IMG/VR virus record: IMGVR_UViG_3300033076_001232 | Location: 14,435 to 78,434 of that record | Strand: one strand, 5' to 3' | DNA: 64,000 nucleotides | Source of the DNA: a virus | Lineage: Duplodnaviria > Heunggongvirae > Uroviricota > Caudoviricetes | In this document: piece after piece, positions 43,836 through 54,432 of the stretch | How positions within the stretch are numbered: position 1 is the first letter of the stretch | Layout of the letters: every line of letters starts with the position of its first letter | Program-made: the position numbers and the translations under genes | Notes under the pieces: model-generated | What the model was told of the DNA's origin: nothing | The model's database searches: none | What the model saw: only the letters and a program-made list of their open reading frames with translations

Positions 43836-44138
43836 ATGAGCAGTACAAGAAGAGAAAAAAGAAAATTACTAAGGCAGTACGGGGTCTTAGATTCTGTGAA
43901 AAAGATCAAGCTGTCTGAAAGAATAGAAGAGGGAAAAAGCATTCACAGAGAAAATCTTCAGAGAATGAAGAATCAATCTATAAAGAAAGAAATCGAGAGA
44001 GGATCTGTCGTAGAACCAAATCAAGATTTTCCTGTTTATAGAGGAATGGATAACGAATATTCAATTTTTGGTAGTTTTTTAAACTCCAAAAATTGGGAAA
44101 CACTGGAATCTAATGGAGACGATGCAATCGAAGATTAA
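43836..44138 (+). CDS. Hypothetical protein
   Basis: 100-aa ORF with a basic N-terminus. Confidence 0.5.
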   Translation: MSSTRREKRKLLRQYGVLDSVKKIKLSERIEEGKSIHRENLQRMKNQSIKKEIERGSVVEPNQDFPVYRGMDNEYSIFGSFLNSKNWETLESNGDDAIED

Positions 44139-44451
44139 GGTCGATTTCTATATAACTAAATATTCTCCAAAGGAGGCTAAGAAGAGATCTGAGATAGGTC
44201 CTTATTTATATGTAGTAGACATCTCTAAAATAATTAGAGATCTGGGATATACTCTAGACGAACTAACTCAGGAATCTGAATTTATTATAAACTATACCAT
44301 TCGTAAGAAAATTATTCAGGGAATATATAGTACGAAGTGCGAAGGCATACTCGTTTGCTATAAGAATGTTTCTCCTGAATTTTTAGAGAATTTAGAAACT
44401 TTCCTTGAGGAACACACTGAGGAAATAGAGTATACCATCAGCGATCTTTAA
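44113..44451 (+). CDS. Hypothetical protein
   Basis: 112-aa ORF. Confidence 0.5.
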   Translation: METMQSKIKVDFYITKYSPKEAKKRSEIGPYLYVVDISKIIRDLGYTLDELTQESEFIINYTIRKKIIQGIYSTKCEGILVCYKNVSPEFLENLETFLEEHTEEIEYTISDL

Positions 44452-44468
44452 AAAAAGATTGATGCTAG

Positions 44469-46355
44469 ATGTCAGGAAATAATACGAATAATCCGGTAAA
44501 TGCGGCGAATAATATAGAAAGACTCCAACAAGGAGCTTCCAATGATATTATTAATAGATACAGTAACCTAAACTCTATTAACCCATTTAAAGGACCTACT
44601 GCAAGAAGTTTATTCTATGAAGCTGCCAAAAGAGTTCCTGGTAAATATGGACAGTTCCTTTTTTATGCCTTGGGTAATAATGAGAATGATTTCGTAGACG
44701 CTTACTATAGATCGGAGTCTGCAGATTTTAATAGAACAGTATCATCTTTAAAATCTAAAAATCCTTCAGCCGGATTTTTAATTAGGCAAACAGCAGATCT
44801 TGAAAGGATAGCATCTGCAGCAACCAATGATATATTAGGTCTACCATCAACTTTCGAACAAGACATTATAGGAGGATTATCAGCTCCATATTATTGGAAA
44901 GATTTTATGTATTGTAAATATTATGGTGCAATACCTAATAATTACATGATAACTCTTAGAAGATTTCCTACCCCAATCCTGGATAATTTATCAATACCTG
45001 ATTCAGTCAAGCAATCAGATAATTATACCAAGGAGGGAGCGGGCAAACCCGTTGCACAAGCAGTAACTTGGTTTGGCGGTAATACTGGGAATACCCTGAA
45101 TTCACTAATTAACTTTACGACCGGATTGAACTGGGCTCCAAGATCACAGGAGGAAATTAAAGAAACCGAGGCATTTTCCAAGGGATTTTTTCAAGATCTT
45201 CCTTATCAGTGGTTTTCTGCTGCGGCTAGAGCTGCTACTGGAAGCGACACTTTGGCTAACGGAGCATCCAATTTTGCAGAGGGTACCGCTGTTGCTTTTG
45301 ATCCTAACAACCAAACAGTGGAGGGACTTAGGTTTCAGGGTCTTAGAGATAGAGCTAAGGATGGATCTTTAGGCGTAATGAGCGAATTTATTTGGGTTCC
45401 TGTTGATGTGGTACAAACTACATATGTTAGGGAGACCGGTCTTAAATTTACTCCAGGTGAACTTAGCATAGTTTTTGAATATGAACTAACTTCTGTGGGT
45501 GAGGTTAATACTAAAGCGGCTATGATGGATATTATGGCAAATCTTCTCTCCATAGGAACAAACTATGGTAATTTTTTAACTCCAGAGACCAGATATAAAT
45601 CAAATTTCCCAGCTTTTGGGTTTCCTGGGGGAGATGATGGGTTAGCAACTTTTTATCGAGATCCTCTTCAATTTATACTAAAATTTGGTGATAAGCTGGT
45701 TAATCCCGTGGGTAACGCCACTTCATCGCAGGGGGATGCAGAGATAACCGGAACAGTAGGTGAAAATGGAGGTGCAACGGATGAACAGACTCAGATTTCA
45801 GAGCTTAAAGCTATTCTTGAAAAGCTAACTACAGAGAGTGTCGATCTACAAACGATAAAAGATCTAGCATCTAAGTTTGGTGCAGGTTTTAATAGATTGC
45901 TCAAGCTTGCAGTTACACAAGATTTTGTTGAAAATTGGCAGGTCCCTGCTAGCTTGCTTACTGGTGCACCCATCGGTGAATGGCACCTAACTATAGGAAA
46001 TCCATGTAATCCAATAGCAATGATTGGGAATTTAATATGTAACGACGTAAAAATAGAATTCGGCGAAGTTCTCGGACCCGATGATTTTCCGACAACCCTT
46101 AAAGCTACATTTAGTTTAGCCCACGGAAGAGACAGGGAAAGAGGAGAAATAGAAAGCATGTTTAACCGTGGCGACGGTAGACTTTACGCATCTTCAGCTC
46201 CTTCTTCTTCTTCAGCTGCATCATTTAGTGCATTCTCTGACGTTAACGGAAACGTTCTTAACGAAAGAACTGCAGCACAGTATATGAATGGCGATGCCTT
46301 CAATAATACTACCGGATTAGCGGATCAACTAGGTCCAATAAACAATGGTCAATAA
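44469..46355 (+). CDS. Probable baseplate / tail-tube initiator protein
   Basis: First gene of the baseplate cluster; C-terminal WHLTIGNP..MIGNLIC..V.IEFG..GPDDFPT.LKATFSL tube-like strands. Confidence 0.45.
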   Translation: MSGNNTNNPVNAANNIERLQQGASNDIINRYSNLNSINPFKGPTARSLFYEAAKRVPGKYGQFLFYALGNNENDFVDAYYRSESADFNRTVSSLKSKNPSAGFLIRQTADLERIASAATNDILGLPSTFEQDIIGGLSAPYYWKDFMYCKYYGAIPNNYMITLRRFPTPILDNLSIPDSVKQSDNYTKEGAGKPVAQAVTWFGGNTGNTLNSLINFTTGLNWAPRSQEEIKETEAFSKGFFQDLPYQWFSAAARAATGSDTLANGASNFAEGTAVAFDPNNQTVEGLRFQGLRDRAKDGSLGVMSEFIWVPVDVVQTTYVRETGLKFTPGELSIVFEYELTSVGEVNTKAAMMDIMANLLSIGTNYGNFLTPETRYKSNFPAFGFPGGDDGLATFYRDPLQFILKFGDKLVNPVGNATSSQGDAEITGTVGENGGATDEQTQISELKAILEKLTTESVDLQTIKDLASKFGAGFNRLLKLAVTQDFVENWQVPASLLTGAPIGEWHLTIGNPCNPIAMIGNLICNDVKIEFGEVLGPDDFPTTLKATFSLAHGRDRERGEIESMFNRGDGRLYASSAPSSSSAASFSAFSDVNGNVLNERTAAQYMNGDAFNNTTGLADQLGPINNGQ

Positions 46356-46367
46356 AAATCGTAAGAT

Positions 46368-46958
46368 ATGGGACTTTTACTTATAGATACCTTAAAAAAT
46401 AACAAATCGATATTCAATCCCCAATCAGGACTTGATTCCAGTAAATATGGAATATGGGATCTGACTAAGTCTTCCATCACTTATGATAATTTGAATATTC
46501 AAGTGGAAGATTTCTTTTTTGTTAAAGAATCCTATCAGATGAGACCTGATCTTATAGCAGCGATCAAATTAGGAGATCAATCTAAAGTAGGATCATTATT
46601 AAAATTAAACGGTATTAGCAATCCTTTTGCTGTGGCTGAGGGAAGATTTATGCTTATTCCTAGCGGGGCTACAGTAGAAAGATCTTTTGATGTTAAGAAA
46701 ATAAAAAATCAGGCTTCATCATCTTCGAATACAAATACTAATCCTAATGAGGCATTTAGAAAAAATCAGGAACAGAAGAAATTCAAGGTTTCTGATGGTA
46801 GGAAGAAGTTCTTAGAGAGTAAAGTTAAGAAACAACCTGAAATGATTTTACCCCCTAATGTAATGCAGCCTAGTCAGAGAACGATACTTAAAAAAGATGG
46901 ATTCTTAATATTCGCACCCGATGCTGGTGGTGGAGGATCTAATAAACCAGTTAACTAA
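46368..46958 (+). CDS. Baseplate wedge protein, gp53/LysM-like
   Basis: YQMRPDLIA..LLKLNGISNPF..EG..MLIP. Confidence 0.65.
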   Translation: MGLLLIDTLKNNKSIFNPQSGLDSSKYGIWDLTKSSITYDNLNIQVEDFFFVKESYQMRPDLIAAIKLGDQSKVGSLLKLNGISNPFAVAEGRFMLIPSGATVERSFDVKKIKNQASSSSNTNTNPNEAFRKNQEQKKFKVSDGRKKFLESKVKKQPEMILPPNVMQPSQRTILKKDGFLIFAPDAGGGGSNKPVN

Positions 46959-46965
46959 AAGATAA

Positions 46966-48519
46966 ATGTTAGCAGATTCAACTAAAATAGTAGGTATTGC
47001 TCTAAACAATATGAAGCTGGATGAATTAATCCAGAATGATAGAGCAAACGGTTCTAACAATCCGGATTTACAAAGAGAACTTGGTGCTGGTCAGGATAAA
47101 TCAACCGGACTAAATTCCCCGTTTATGACCATAAATGGATATAGTGTTTCCAAATATCTGGATTCATTTTCTTTAGATCTTAGTGGATTCCTTCCGGTTA
47201 TTAGATTCTCTTTTTCCCCTGCTGAAACTGTTTTTATATCCGTAAACTATCCTAAAGACGGCGACATTGTATCTGTTTATATGAGAGCACCAGGAGATAT
47301 CTATAACCCTATGAGGATGGATTTTAAGGTTCTGAGTGTTTCTGGTGATGTCTCCAGTAAATATTCACCAAAGGGATCTGATCCAAATGGAACATTTTTT
47401 AGATTCCATATTGTTGCTGAAGCATATATCCCCGGATTATATTCACCAAAAATAAAATCATTTGGAAGATCGAATTCTGCAGATGTTCTATTAGAGGTTT
47501 CCCAGGATTTGAATCTTGGGTTTGCTACTAATGAAAAAACGACAAATGATACGATGAGGTGGTTATGTCCAAACTACTCATATTATGATTTCATCCAGGA
47601 GGTTTGTTTAAGAGCTTATAAGGATGATGAACAGAGTTTCTTTGACTGTTGGATAGATCCATATTATAATCTTAACTTCGTAAATATGGGTAGTCAATTT
47701 GCATTTGACGGAGATCCTAAACAGGAAGTCTTAATAGTACCTGGATATACTAATGCCGGATTAAAGGTCGATTCTGCTATACCAGGTACACCATCACCCG
47801 AACCATCTAAAGTACCTCTAGTTTTGACTAATGCTATAGGAGCTGGCGTGGTTCCCTTCTTTATTAATGGATATACATTAACTTCTAGAGCAGGTAACAG
47901 TACAAATGAATATGGTTATATAACTGAGGTTGGTTTTTATGACGAAGAAGCTGAAGAAGCTGAAGCATCTGGAAAATATGTAAAATATGACATCGAAACT
48001 CAGACCACAGATAATGTAAAACCAGGAGCTATTCTACAAAAAGGTAGAGCAAGGGATAATGAATATAAAAATGAAACCAGAAGAGAATGGTTTGGTGTTT
48101 TGAATTATTTTCCTGATATCGACGACGGTGTGCACCAAAACTATTACCATGCTACTGTCCAGAATACTATAAATCTTAGTGATGTCTCCAAGATGACACT
48201 GGAAGTTGAAATAACAGCTTATTTTCCGGGAATTATCAGAGGTATGGTCATTCCTGTTTCAATATATGTTTTTGATGCTGGAATGAGACAACAGAACGTC
48301 GGGAATCTTTCTAATAAAGACAAGAATACCGGAATGAATCCAACTATAGATAATTTTCTTTCCGGTAACTATGTTGTAACTGGAATGGAGGTTTATTGGT
48401 CTAAATTTTCAGGAGGAATGAAGCAGAGGTTAACATTATCTAAAAGAACATGGACAGCTAATTCTTCTGGAACTATTCCTAAAGCTTTCCCCATATCCAT
48501 ACAAACTGGACAATTCTAG
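46966..48519 (+). CDS. Baseplate hub protein (gp27/gpD-like)
   Basis: Position; LLEVSQDLNL, FFDCWIDPYYNLNFV, terminal FLSGNYVVTGMEV..QRLTLSKR. Confidence 0.5.
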   Translation: MLADSTKIVGIALNNMKLDELIQNDRANGSNNPDLQRELGAGQDKSTGLNSPFMTINGYSVSKYLDSFSLDLSGFLPVIRFSFSPAETVFISVNYPKDGDIVSVYMRAPGDIYNPMRMDFKVLSVSGDVSSKYSPKGSDPNGTFFRFHIVAEAYIPGLYSPKIKSFGRSNSADVLLEVSQDLNLGFATNEKTTNDTMRWLCPNYSYYDFIQEVCLRAYKDDEQSFFDCWIDPYYNLNFVNMGSQFAFDGDPKQEVLIVPGYTNAGLKVDSAIPGTPSPEPSKVPLVLTNAIGAGVVPFFINGYTLTSRAGNSTNEYGYITEVGFYDEEAEEAEASGKYVKYDIETQTTDNVKPGAILQKGRARDNEYKNETRREWFGVLNYFPDIDDGVHQNYYHATVQNTINLSDVSKMTLEVEITAYFPGIIRGMVIPVSIYVFDAGMRQQNVGNLSNKDKNTGMNPTIDNFLSGNYVVTGMEVYWSKFSGGMKQRLTLSKRTWTANSSGTIPKAFPISIQTGQF

Positions 48520-48526
48520 AGATTTG

Positions 48527-48534
48527 GATAAATA
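48527..48534 (+). promoter_or_regulatory. Late promoter motif GATAAATA
   Basis: Recurrent motif. Confidence 0.55.
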
Positions 48535-48554
48535 GATAAAATAAAGAGAACCTT

Positions 48555-50873
48555 ATGTCTTTAGGAGCAACAGATAGGGAAAGGAGTTTATTCCTCAAGG
48601 GGTTTAAACTATCAAAGCAGGGAAATTACGAAGACCCGACATATCTTGGATTTAAAATAATCTTTGATTTTGGTACTTTACCTATAAGTCCAGAAGATGG
48701 AATACCACCAAGTCCACTTTTTAAGGACAGAAGTTACTTCTTCGAATCCGGTGGATCTTTTGCTGCAACTAATCCATTTTCTCAACAGCAATACGATTAT
48801 AGAAATCCATCTCCCGACGGAATGGTTCAATTTTATTCTGCTACATCTTTCTTAGAACAGAGAGAATTTGATTTCGATTACGGTCCGAAAAGAGCTGATA
48901 TGTTAAGACAGTTTAAATCTACTCTTGATAACATATTATCAAATTCTCCGTGGTTTTTCCAATCGATATCTGGACTTGATCAATTAGCTAAGGTTGCTAG
49001 ACCTGGATACCAGTCGGAAGGATCTGAAGGTGGATTCAACCCTCAGAGAACAGCGGGTAAGACTTTAGAAATAACAACTCTCGAATCCCTTAATTTAAGG
49101 ATTTCAGCTTTAGCAGACCTTTATAATCAGGCGACTTTTGATTATGATAACATGAGAGAACTTCTACCTAGAAATCTTAGAAGATTTACCATGTATATCT
49201 TTGTTTCAGAGGTAAGAAACTTCTTCAAGACTTCCAGATTGATAGGATCTTCTGCTGCTCTAACTACCCTTGATAATTTATCTACCTTACTAGCATCAGG
49301 TAATAACCCAGGGAGTAATCTGGGTGTTGCTACTACTGTAGCTGGTGAACAGAATCAAAATTTCAACGGTGGTTCTTCAGCAAATAATCCAGCTAGCTCA
49401 TTTAACTCCTTTGTTGGGAATATAGCTAACCAAGCAGGTTTAGATAATGACTTTTCTCTTTTACAGAATCAACAAGATCAATCTGGGATAAAACCGATGA
49501 TAGTCTTTGAGTGTAAGAATTGTGAATTTGACTTTACTGAGAGTACTCCAATAAAGAGCGATACCAATATAGGAACTTCTGCAGATGCTGCAACCAACAA
49601 ATTTAAAATTCATGTCGGTAAGGTAAGAATGAGGACTCAATATCCTAATATTAGACAGGATGGTAAACCTTTAGTTTTGGGGGACAGCTGGGACGGAGCT
49701 AGATCATCTGTTCAGAAGAATCCCGGTAGTATAGACGGTGCACTATCAATCGGAGGTGAGATGTTAACAAATTTTATCAGTAATTCATTAAATGATTTAG
49801 TGAATGAGGGTGTTGCTAGCTTGGCTGGTAATTTGGGAGGACTAAATAAATTTGTAATGGGTAACGCTTATAGTTTCAACCCTTCCCAGCTATTAGGTGA
49901 ACTCTCCTTTAATAATGCCCAGAATTTTATCAATGGATTGGATGGAGTTAATGCGGGTATAAAGGAAACAACTCTTCCGAATCCACAAACAACAGGGCTT
50001 GGAGGTCCACCTCAGAGGGTTTATCCCCAACCAGGTGGGGATGTTTATGTAAATGTTCCGGGTAAGGATCTAAGTTCTCCTGAAAGGGTTTATTCCGAGC
50101 CTGGTGGCGATGTATACGGGAATAATCCAGGTACCGATCTAGGCGTTCCTGATAGAGTTTATGTAGAACCTAAGGGAGATGCTTACGTAAATAATCCAGG
50201 TACAGATTTGGGAGCACCGCTTAGAGTTTATCCCGAACCTCAGGGCGATGTTTATGCTACTGTCCCTGGATCTGATCTAGGGTCTCCAGATAGAGTTTAT
50301 CCTTCTCCCGGAGGTGATGTGTATTCAAATGTCCCTGGTACTGATCTCGGATCTCCTGATAGGGTTTATCCAGATTTCAACGACGATGTCTATGCAAATG
50401 TGCCAGGCTCTGATCTGGGTGTTCCTGATAGGGTATATGGAAATGGATTATCAGAGGATGTTTACGGAACCCCGCCAATACAGCAAAATTTAGGAAATAC
50501 AAATAATGTATATCCACCACAAAATTCTAGTAGTGGGCAACTAGATGACAGTAGGGTTTACCCGGAGGATGAGTTTAATCAATCTCAACAGAATTTGGGT
50601 CAACCTGTTTATTCTGATGTTACCTTAATATCTTCTAGAGGTGAATTAAGAGATCCTTCTAATACTTTCGATAGCACTCCATCTCCAGTATATCCTCCTA
50701 CTGGGAGAGTATCAGCTTCTAGTAGATCCAGAGGGGATATCGGTAAAGTTTATCCACCGGTAACTGAAGATTTTAATGCTAATGACGGCGTAGATTTAGG
50801 AAACCTAAAACCTCCTACTAAATATAATATTAGTCTTGGCGGATTTAATCCTGATCCAATCAATTATGAATAA
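48555..50873 (+). CDS. Tail/baseplate protein with tube-like N-terminal region and C-terminal 23-aa repeats
   Basis: EDPTYLGFKIIFDF, PWFFQSISGLD, ESLNLRISALADLY, LPRNLRRFTMYIFVSE; repeats; late motif at 48527. Confidence 0.5.
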   Translation: MSLGATDRERSLFLKGFKLSKQGNYEDPTYLGFKIIFDFGTLPISPEDGIPPSPLFKDRSYFFESGGSFAATNPFSQQQYDYRNPSPDGMVQFYSATSFLEQREFDFDYGPKRADMLRQFKSTLDNILSNSPWFFQSISGLDQLAKVARPGYQSEGSEGGFNPQRTAGKTLEITTLESLNLRISALADLYNQATFDYDNMRELLPRNLRRFTMYIFVSEVRNFFKTSRLIGSSAALTTLDNLSTLLASGNNPGSNLGVATTVAGEQNQNFNGGSSANNPASSFNSFVGNIANQAGLDNDFSLLQNQQDQSGIKPMIVFECKNCEFDFTESTPIKSDTNIGTSADAATNKFKIHVGKVRMRTQYPNIRQDGKPLVLGDSWDGARSSVQKNPGSIDGALSIGGEMLTNFISNSLNDLVNEGVASLAGNLGGLNKFVMGNAYSFNPSQLLGELSFNNAQNFINGLDGVNAGIKETTLPNPQTTGLGGPPQRVYPQPGGDVYVNVPGKDLSSPERVYSEPGGDVYGNNPGTDLGVPDRVYVEPKGDAYVNNPGTDLGAPLRVYPEPQGDVYATVPGSDLGSPDRVYPSPGGDVYSNVPGTDLGSPDRVYPDFNDDVYANVPGSDLGVPDRVYGNGLSEDVYGTPPIQQNLGNTNNVYPPQNSSSGQLDDSRVYPEDEFNQSQQNLGQPVYSDVTLISSRGELRDPSNTFDSTPSPVYPPTGRVSASSRSRGDIGKVYPPVTEDFNANDGVDLGNLKPPTKYNISLGGFNPDPINYE
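50016..50470 (+). repeat. 69-bp (23-aa) coding repeat, 6 units plus a partial, consensus RVYPxPGGDVYxNVPGTDLGxPD
   Basis: Read directly from the translation; unit starts 69 nt apart (50016 to 50430). Confidence 0.9.
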
Positions 50874-50875
50874 GC

Positions 50876-51577
50876 ATGGATAGTGAAAAGAGTTATCTCG
50901 GAAGAATAGTAGACATACAGGATCCTCTCTATAGAGGAAGAGCTAAAATTTCAGTTTTTGGAATCCTTGATGATATCCCGGTAGATGATTTACCATGGGC
51001 AGAACAGATTTCGGGTCTTTCGTTTGGAACTGGTGATGGAAGCGGAAACTTATCTATCCCGAGACTTGGGTCAGTTGTAGCTGTGCATTTTGAGCAGAAC
51101 AACTACTATAAAATGTATTATCATTACATAAAGGAGATAGCTCCGGATCTTCTGGAAGAGTTAAAATCTGATAATTCATACGAGGGAACTCACTCTATTG
51201 TTTATGATGGGGATGCTCAGCCTGGTTTATTGAAAATGATATACACCAGAAAGAACGGATTAGTGTTTCAGCTTGGTGATGCTACCATTCAACTAGATAC
51301 ACAAGATGCTGGAACAGATTCCGAGAAATTGAGGATAGTTCTAAAAATGAATGATGACGAGATCAGAATGGAAAAATCAGGGGGAAAGCAAAAAGTTATA
51401 GTAAATTCACAAAACATTGAATTGGGAGAAGATGCAGTCGAAAAGCTCATTCTCGGAAATACATTTTTGACTTTTTTCAATTCACACACTCATCCTACTG
51501 GTGTTGGCCCTTCAGGTGTACCCATAGTACCTATGACTGATCCTCAGCATTTAAGCCAGGTTAGTAAAACGAAATAG
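50876..51577 (+). CDS. gp5: Baseplate central spike (gp5/gpV-like), no lysozyme domain
   Basis: GRIVDIQDPLYRGRAKISVFG, LPWA, IPRLGSVVAVHF OB-fold; C-terminal HTH metal-binding apex motif (FNSHTHP). Confidence 0.8.
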   Translation: MDSEKSYLGRIVDIQDPLYRGRAKISVFGILDDIPVDDLPWAEQISGLSFGTGDGSGNLSIPRLGSVVAVHFEQNNYYKMYYHYIKEIAPDLLEELKSDNSYEGTHSIVYDGDAQPGLLKMIYTRKNGLVFQLGDATIQLDTQDAGTDSEKLRIVLKMNDDEIRMEKSGGKQKVIVNSQNIELGEDAVEKLILGNTFLTFFNSHTHPTGVGPSGVPIVPMTDPQHLSQVSKTK

Positions 51578-51579
51578 AA

Positions 51580-53184
51580 ATGCCAGCATCTTGGAATAGT
51601 TTCATAAGTAACGTATCGGACAAATTTTCTTCAAAGAACATAGGCTCTCCTGAAGAGCTTGGTAAGTTCCTTGCTGATCAATACGTAAGTGCAACCGTAA
51701 ATAAAGCACAGAGTCCATACGGTAACCTTCACAGAAAGGGTAACGATAAGATAATGGAAGAATATTTCACGAGAGGGATAAAGATGCTATATGAAGAAAA
51801 ATCTCCATCCTTTGAAGAAAAACAAAAGGATCCATTATACTCAGATCTGGAGGAAAAAATAAAAGAAATAGATCCGGAGGAGGAGAAGAGAAAAATAAAG
51901 GAGGAATTTTATCAATGGATTATAGAAAATTCTGAAACACTACCCAATTTTAATTTTTCCCAATTTTTTTCACAGTTTCCTAATTTCCCTTCCACTATAG
52001 ATCAAGCTTTAACCGAGGTTGCTAGAAAGATAATAAAAGAATATGACGGATCGATAGAATATCTATATTGGATAGCATCTCTGAGATATGGAAGACTAAG
52101 GGATTATGGTGAAACTGTTCTTTCTAAGATAAGAGAGCTCACCTCCTATCTAGCTAATTCACCAATAAAGGTAGGGGATGGTGTTAAAGCATCAGTGAGT
52201 TTTAATAATTCACAGATAAATGTTAGCGGTAAGGTTATCAACATTTCTCCACAGCCAGACGGTACTGTTAATTACACTGTGGAATATTCGGATTCGCAGG
52301 GGAATAAAAAAGACGGAATTGCAACTTCGGGAAACATAGAAAGACAAATAGGAATAGATGAAATAAGAAATATAGAATCAGTAAATATAAGTAAAAAAAT
52401 TTTTCAAGAAGATCACGAGAGCGATCCCGAGGGAATCCCTGATTATGTAACTGTGGAATTTATAACAAAGTTTACCTATATCAAAAGTAGTGATAAAGAG
52501 ATACTACCATTTTCTCAAAGTGATTATGTAACAATTCCTTATGAATTGGCATCTTCGGATCTTTATTCCGGAAACGTCCAATCCATATTATCAGGGGATT
52601 TAAATGGGATTAGTGGTCTTTCCTCAACTTCAACCGAATATATTGGCGGTTATTCGGCCGCTTATTTCTATTCTATTCTAACGGGGAATATCAATTCTTC
52701 TAGATCTAGAAAATTATTGCTCTATGAAGCTGAAGTAATTAAATTCAGACAAATAAGAAGAGACTGGATACAGGATTTAGCAGATTCTTTCAAAAAGGAG
52801 GAGGATCCGGACGATGACAATGATCCATACAGAATTATGGCTAAAGGAATAATAAATTACTGGAAATCCACGATAAGTTCACCTTTGACTTCTACACCTC
52901 CAGTTTTCCCCTGTATTGTTACTCCTCCGGGAAACGGTACATACACCCCTATTTATTATGGTAGTCAGAAAAGACTAGCTGATCATCTAAGAAGAGCATT
53001 TAACACGGGTAAAAGATTTAAGCTGCTCGGTGATTCTAAATCAGCTTCTACTTTGGTTGCTACTGCTTTAGCTTTTTCTCTAGCTGAGCATCTATTAGAG
53101 TTAAAATTTATCTATAATGGGGGGATTCCTACACCTTCAGGAACACCATCTCCAATGATAGGATTCATCCCCTTAGTTTTTTAA
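51580..53184 (+). CDS. Hypothetical baseplate-associated protein with SH3/KOW-like insert
   Basis: Follows the spike gene; IKVGDGVKAS..GKVINI..YTVEY. Confidence 0.5.
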   Translation: MPASWNSFISNVSDKFSSKNIGSPEELGKFLADQYVSATVNKAQSPYGNLHRKGNDKIMEEYFTRGIKMLYEEKSPSFEEKQKDPLYSDLEEKIKEIDPEEEKRKIKEEFYQWIIENSETLPNFNFSQFFSQFPNFPSTIDQALTEVARKIIKEYDGSIEYLYWIASLRYGRLRDYGETVLSKIRELTSYLANSPIKVGDGVKASVSFNNSQINVSGKVINISPQPDGTVNYTVEYSDSQGNKKDGIATSGNIERQIGIDEIRNIESVNISKKIFQEDHESDPEGIPDYVTVEFITKFTYIKSSDKEILPFSQSDYVTIPYELASSDLYSGNVQSILSGDLNGISGLSSTSTEYIGGYSAAYFYSILTGNINSSRSRKLLLYEAEVIKFRQIRRDWIQDLADSFKKEEDPDDDNDPYRIMAKGIINYWKSTISSPLTSTPPVFPCIVTPPGNGTYTPIYYGSQKRLADHLRRAFNTGKRFKLLGDSKSASTLVATALAFSLAEHLLELKFIYNGGIPTPSGTPSPMIGFIPLVF

Positions 53185-53204
53185 ATCAGTAACAGCTAAC
53201 ATAA

Positions 53205-53233
53205 GAAACTTAAAGGTGGATATATAGTATAAT
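53205..53233 (+). promoter_or_regulatory. Overlapping class II and late promoters upstream of the S1-like gene
   Basis: GAAAC-N18-TATAAT with GATATATA (53219-53226) inside the spacer. Confidence 0.65.
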
Positions 53234-53271
53234 TAATAATATTTTTAATCATCTTATAAACCAAAAAAAAT

Positions 53272-54432
53272 ATGAATTTTCCAAATCCTGAAGAATTCGA
53301 CTGGAACGTATCGGGTAAGTTCAAACCCAACTCCAAAATTAAAGCTCTAGACGGGTCTAAAGTTTATTGTCATGAACCTTACGCTGAGGAGTTATATAAA
53401 AAATACGAATCTACTTATCATCTATTGGATGGTGGATCTAAGGATCTTATCGAGGGAACCGTTTATAAATGCAGAATTATGGACGTCTTTGAAGATCGAG
53501 TTCTTGCTCAGACTGGATCTGGTCAGACTATCTACATAGATCTTAAAAAAGAATTAAAAGATGCTACCAAACTAGGAATAGATGGTATCACTTTTAATGT
53601 AGATGACGAAGTAAATGCTAGAGTAAAAAGAGTTAACGGTGGATTCAGTGGATCTGTAGTTGAATACTATATCCATACTCTTAGAGCTGAATTATTCGAT
53701 CAGATCAAAAAAGAAAGCAGTGCTTATCTTATAAAAATTGTTAGTGTTAATAAAGGAGGATATATTGCAGACTTGTCTGGAATTAAATGCTTCCTTCCTG
53801 GTTCACTTGCAGCTGCAAATAAGATTACTGATTTTGATTCTTATATCGGAAAAACCCTGCATGTAATGATTGAGGGATATGTCCCTGCAAAAGACATCTT
53901 TATCGTTTCTTACAAGAAATATCTAAACAAAATAATGGATTCTAAGATCCAGGAATTAGATCTAACCAAAAAATATAAAGGATATGTTACTGGAACTTCT
54001 GATTTCGGGGTCTTTGTAGAATGGGATAGCGTGTATACTGGTCTTATTCATAAGACGGAATTTCAGGATGAAAGCTATATTTCAGACTTGACACCTGGAA
54101 GCGAAGTTGAATTCTATGTTAAGGAGATAAAAGAAAATAATAGATTAACTCTTACTCTGGACAAACCGCTGGAAAGAAACATAATCCTTCAGGATTTGGA
54201 AAACAAGATCAAAGAGGGAACTTCAGATGTCTATGAAGCTAAGGTTAAACATAAAAGAAAAAATGGTGCTTTAGTGGAGATTGAATCTTTGGGTCTTATG
54301 GCTCTAATCCCACAAGACAGATTGGGTAAAAAAGCGGGATCAACTAAGCCCGGAGATATCCTAAGTGTTACACCTTACGATGTCGATGCTCTTTCTGGAA
54401 AAATATTTGTACAATTAGTAAATGTCGGATAA
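53272..54432 (+). CDS. rpsA: Ribosomal protein S1-like multi-S1-domain protein
   Basis: VNKGGYIADLSGIKCFLPGSLA, IVSYKKYL, GYVTGTSDFGVFVEW..TGLIHKTEF; about 4 OB folds. Confidence 0.8.
   Translation: MNFPNPEEFDWNVSGKFKPNSKIKALDGSKVYCHEPYAEELYKKYESTYHLLDGGSKDLIEGTVYKCRIMDVFEDRVLAQTGSGQTIYIDLKKELKDATKLGIDGITFNVDDEVNARVKRVNGGFSGSVVEYYIHTLRAELFDQIKKESSAYLIKIVSVNKGGYIADLSGIKCFLPGSLAAANKITDFDSYIGKTLHVMIEGYVPAKDIFIVSYKKYLNKIMDSKIQELDLTKKYKGYVTGTSDFGVFVEWDSVYTGLIHKTEFQDESYISDLTPGSEVEFYVKEIKENNRLTLTLDKPLERNIILQDLENKIKEGTSDVYEAKVKHKRKNGALVEIESLGLMALIPQDRLGKKAGSTKPGDILSVTPYDVDALSGKIFVQLVNVG

Noticed and set aside
50016-50470. 69-bp repeats as CRISPR or DGR template/variable repeats
   Set aside because: Conserved at protein level, variation not adenine-specific, and no reverse transcriptase or cas genes in the window.
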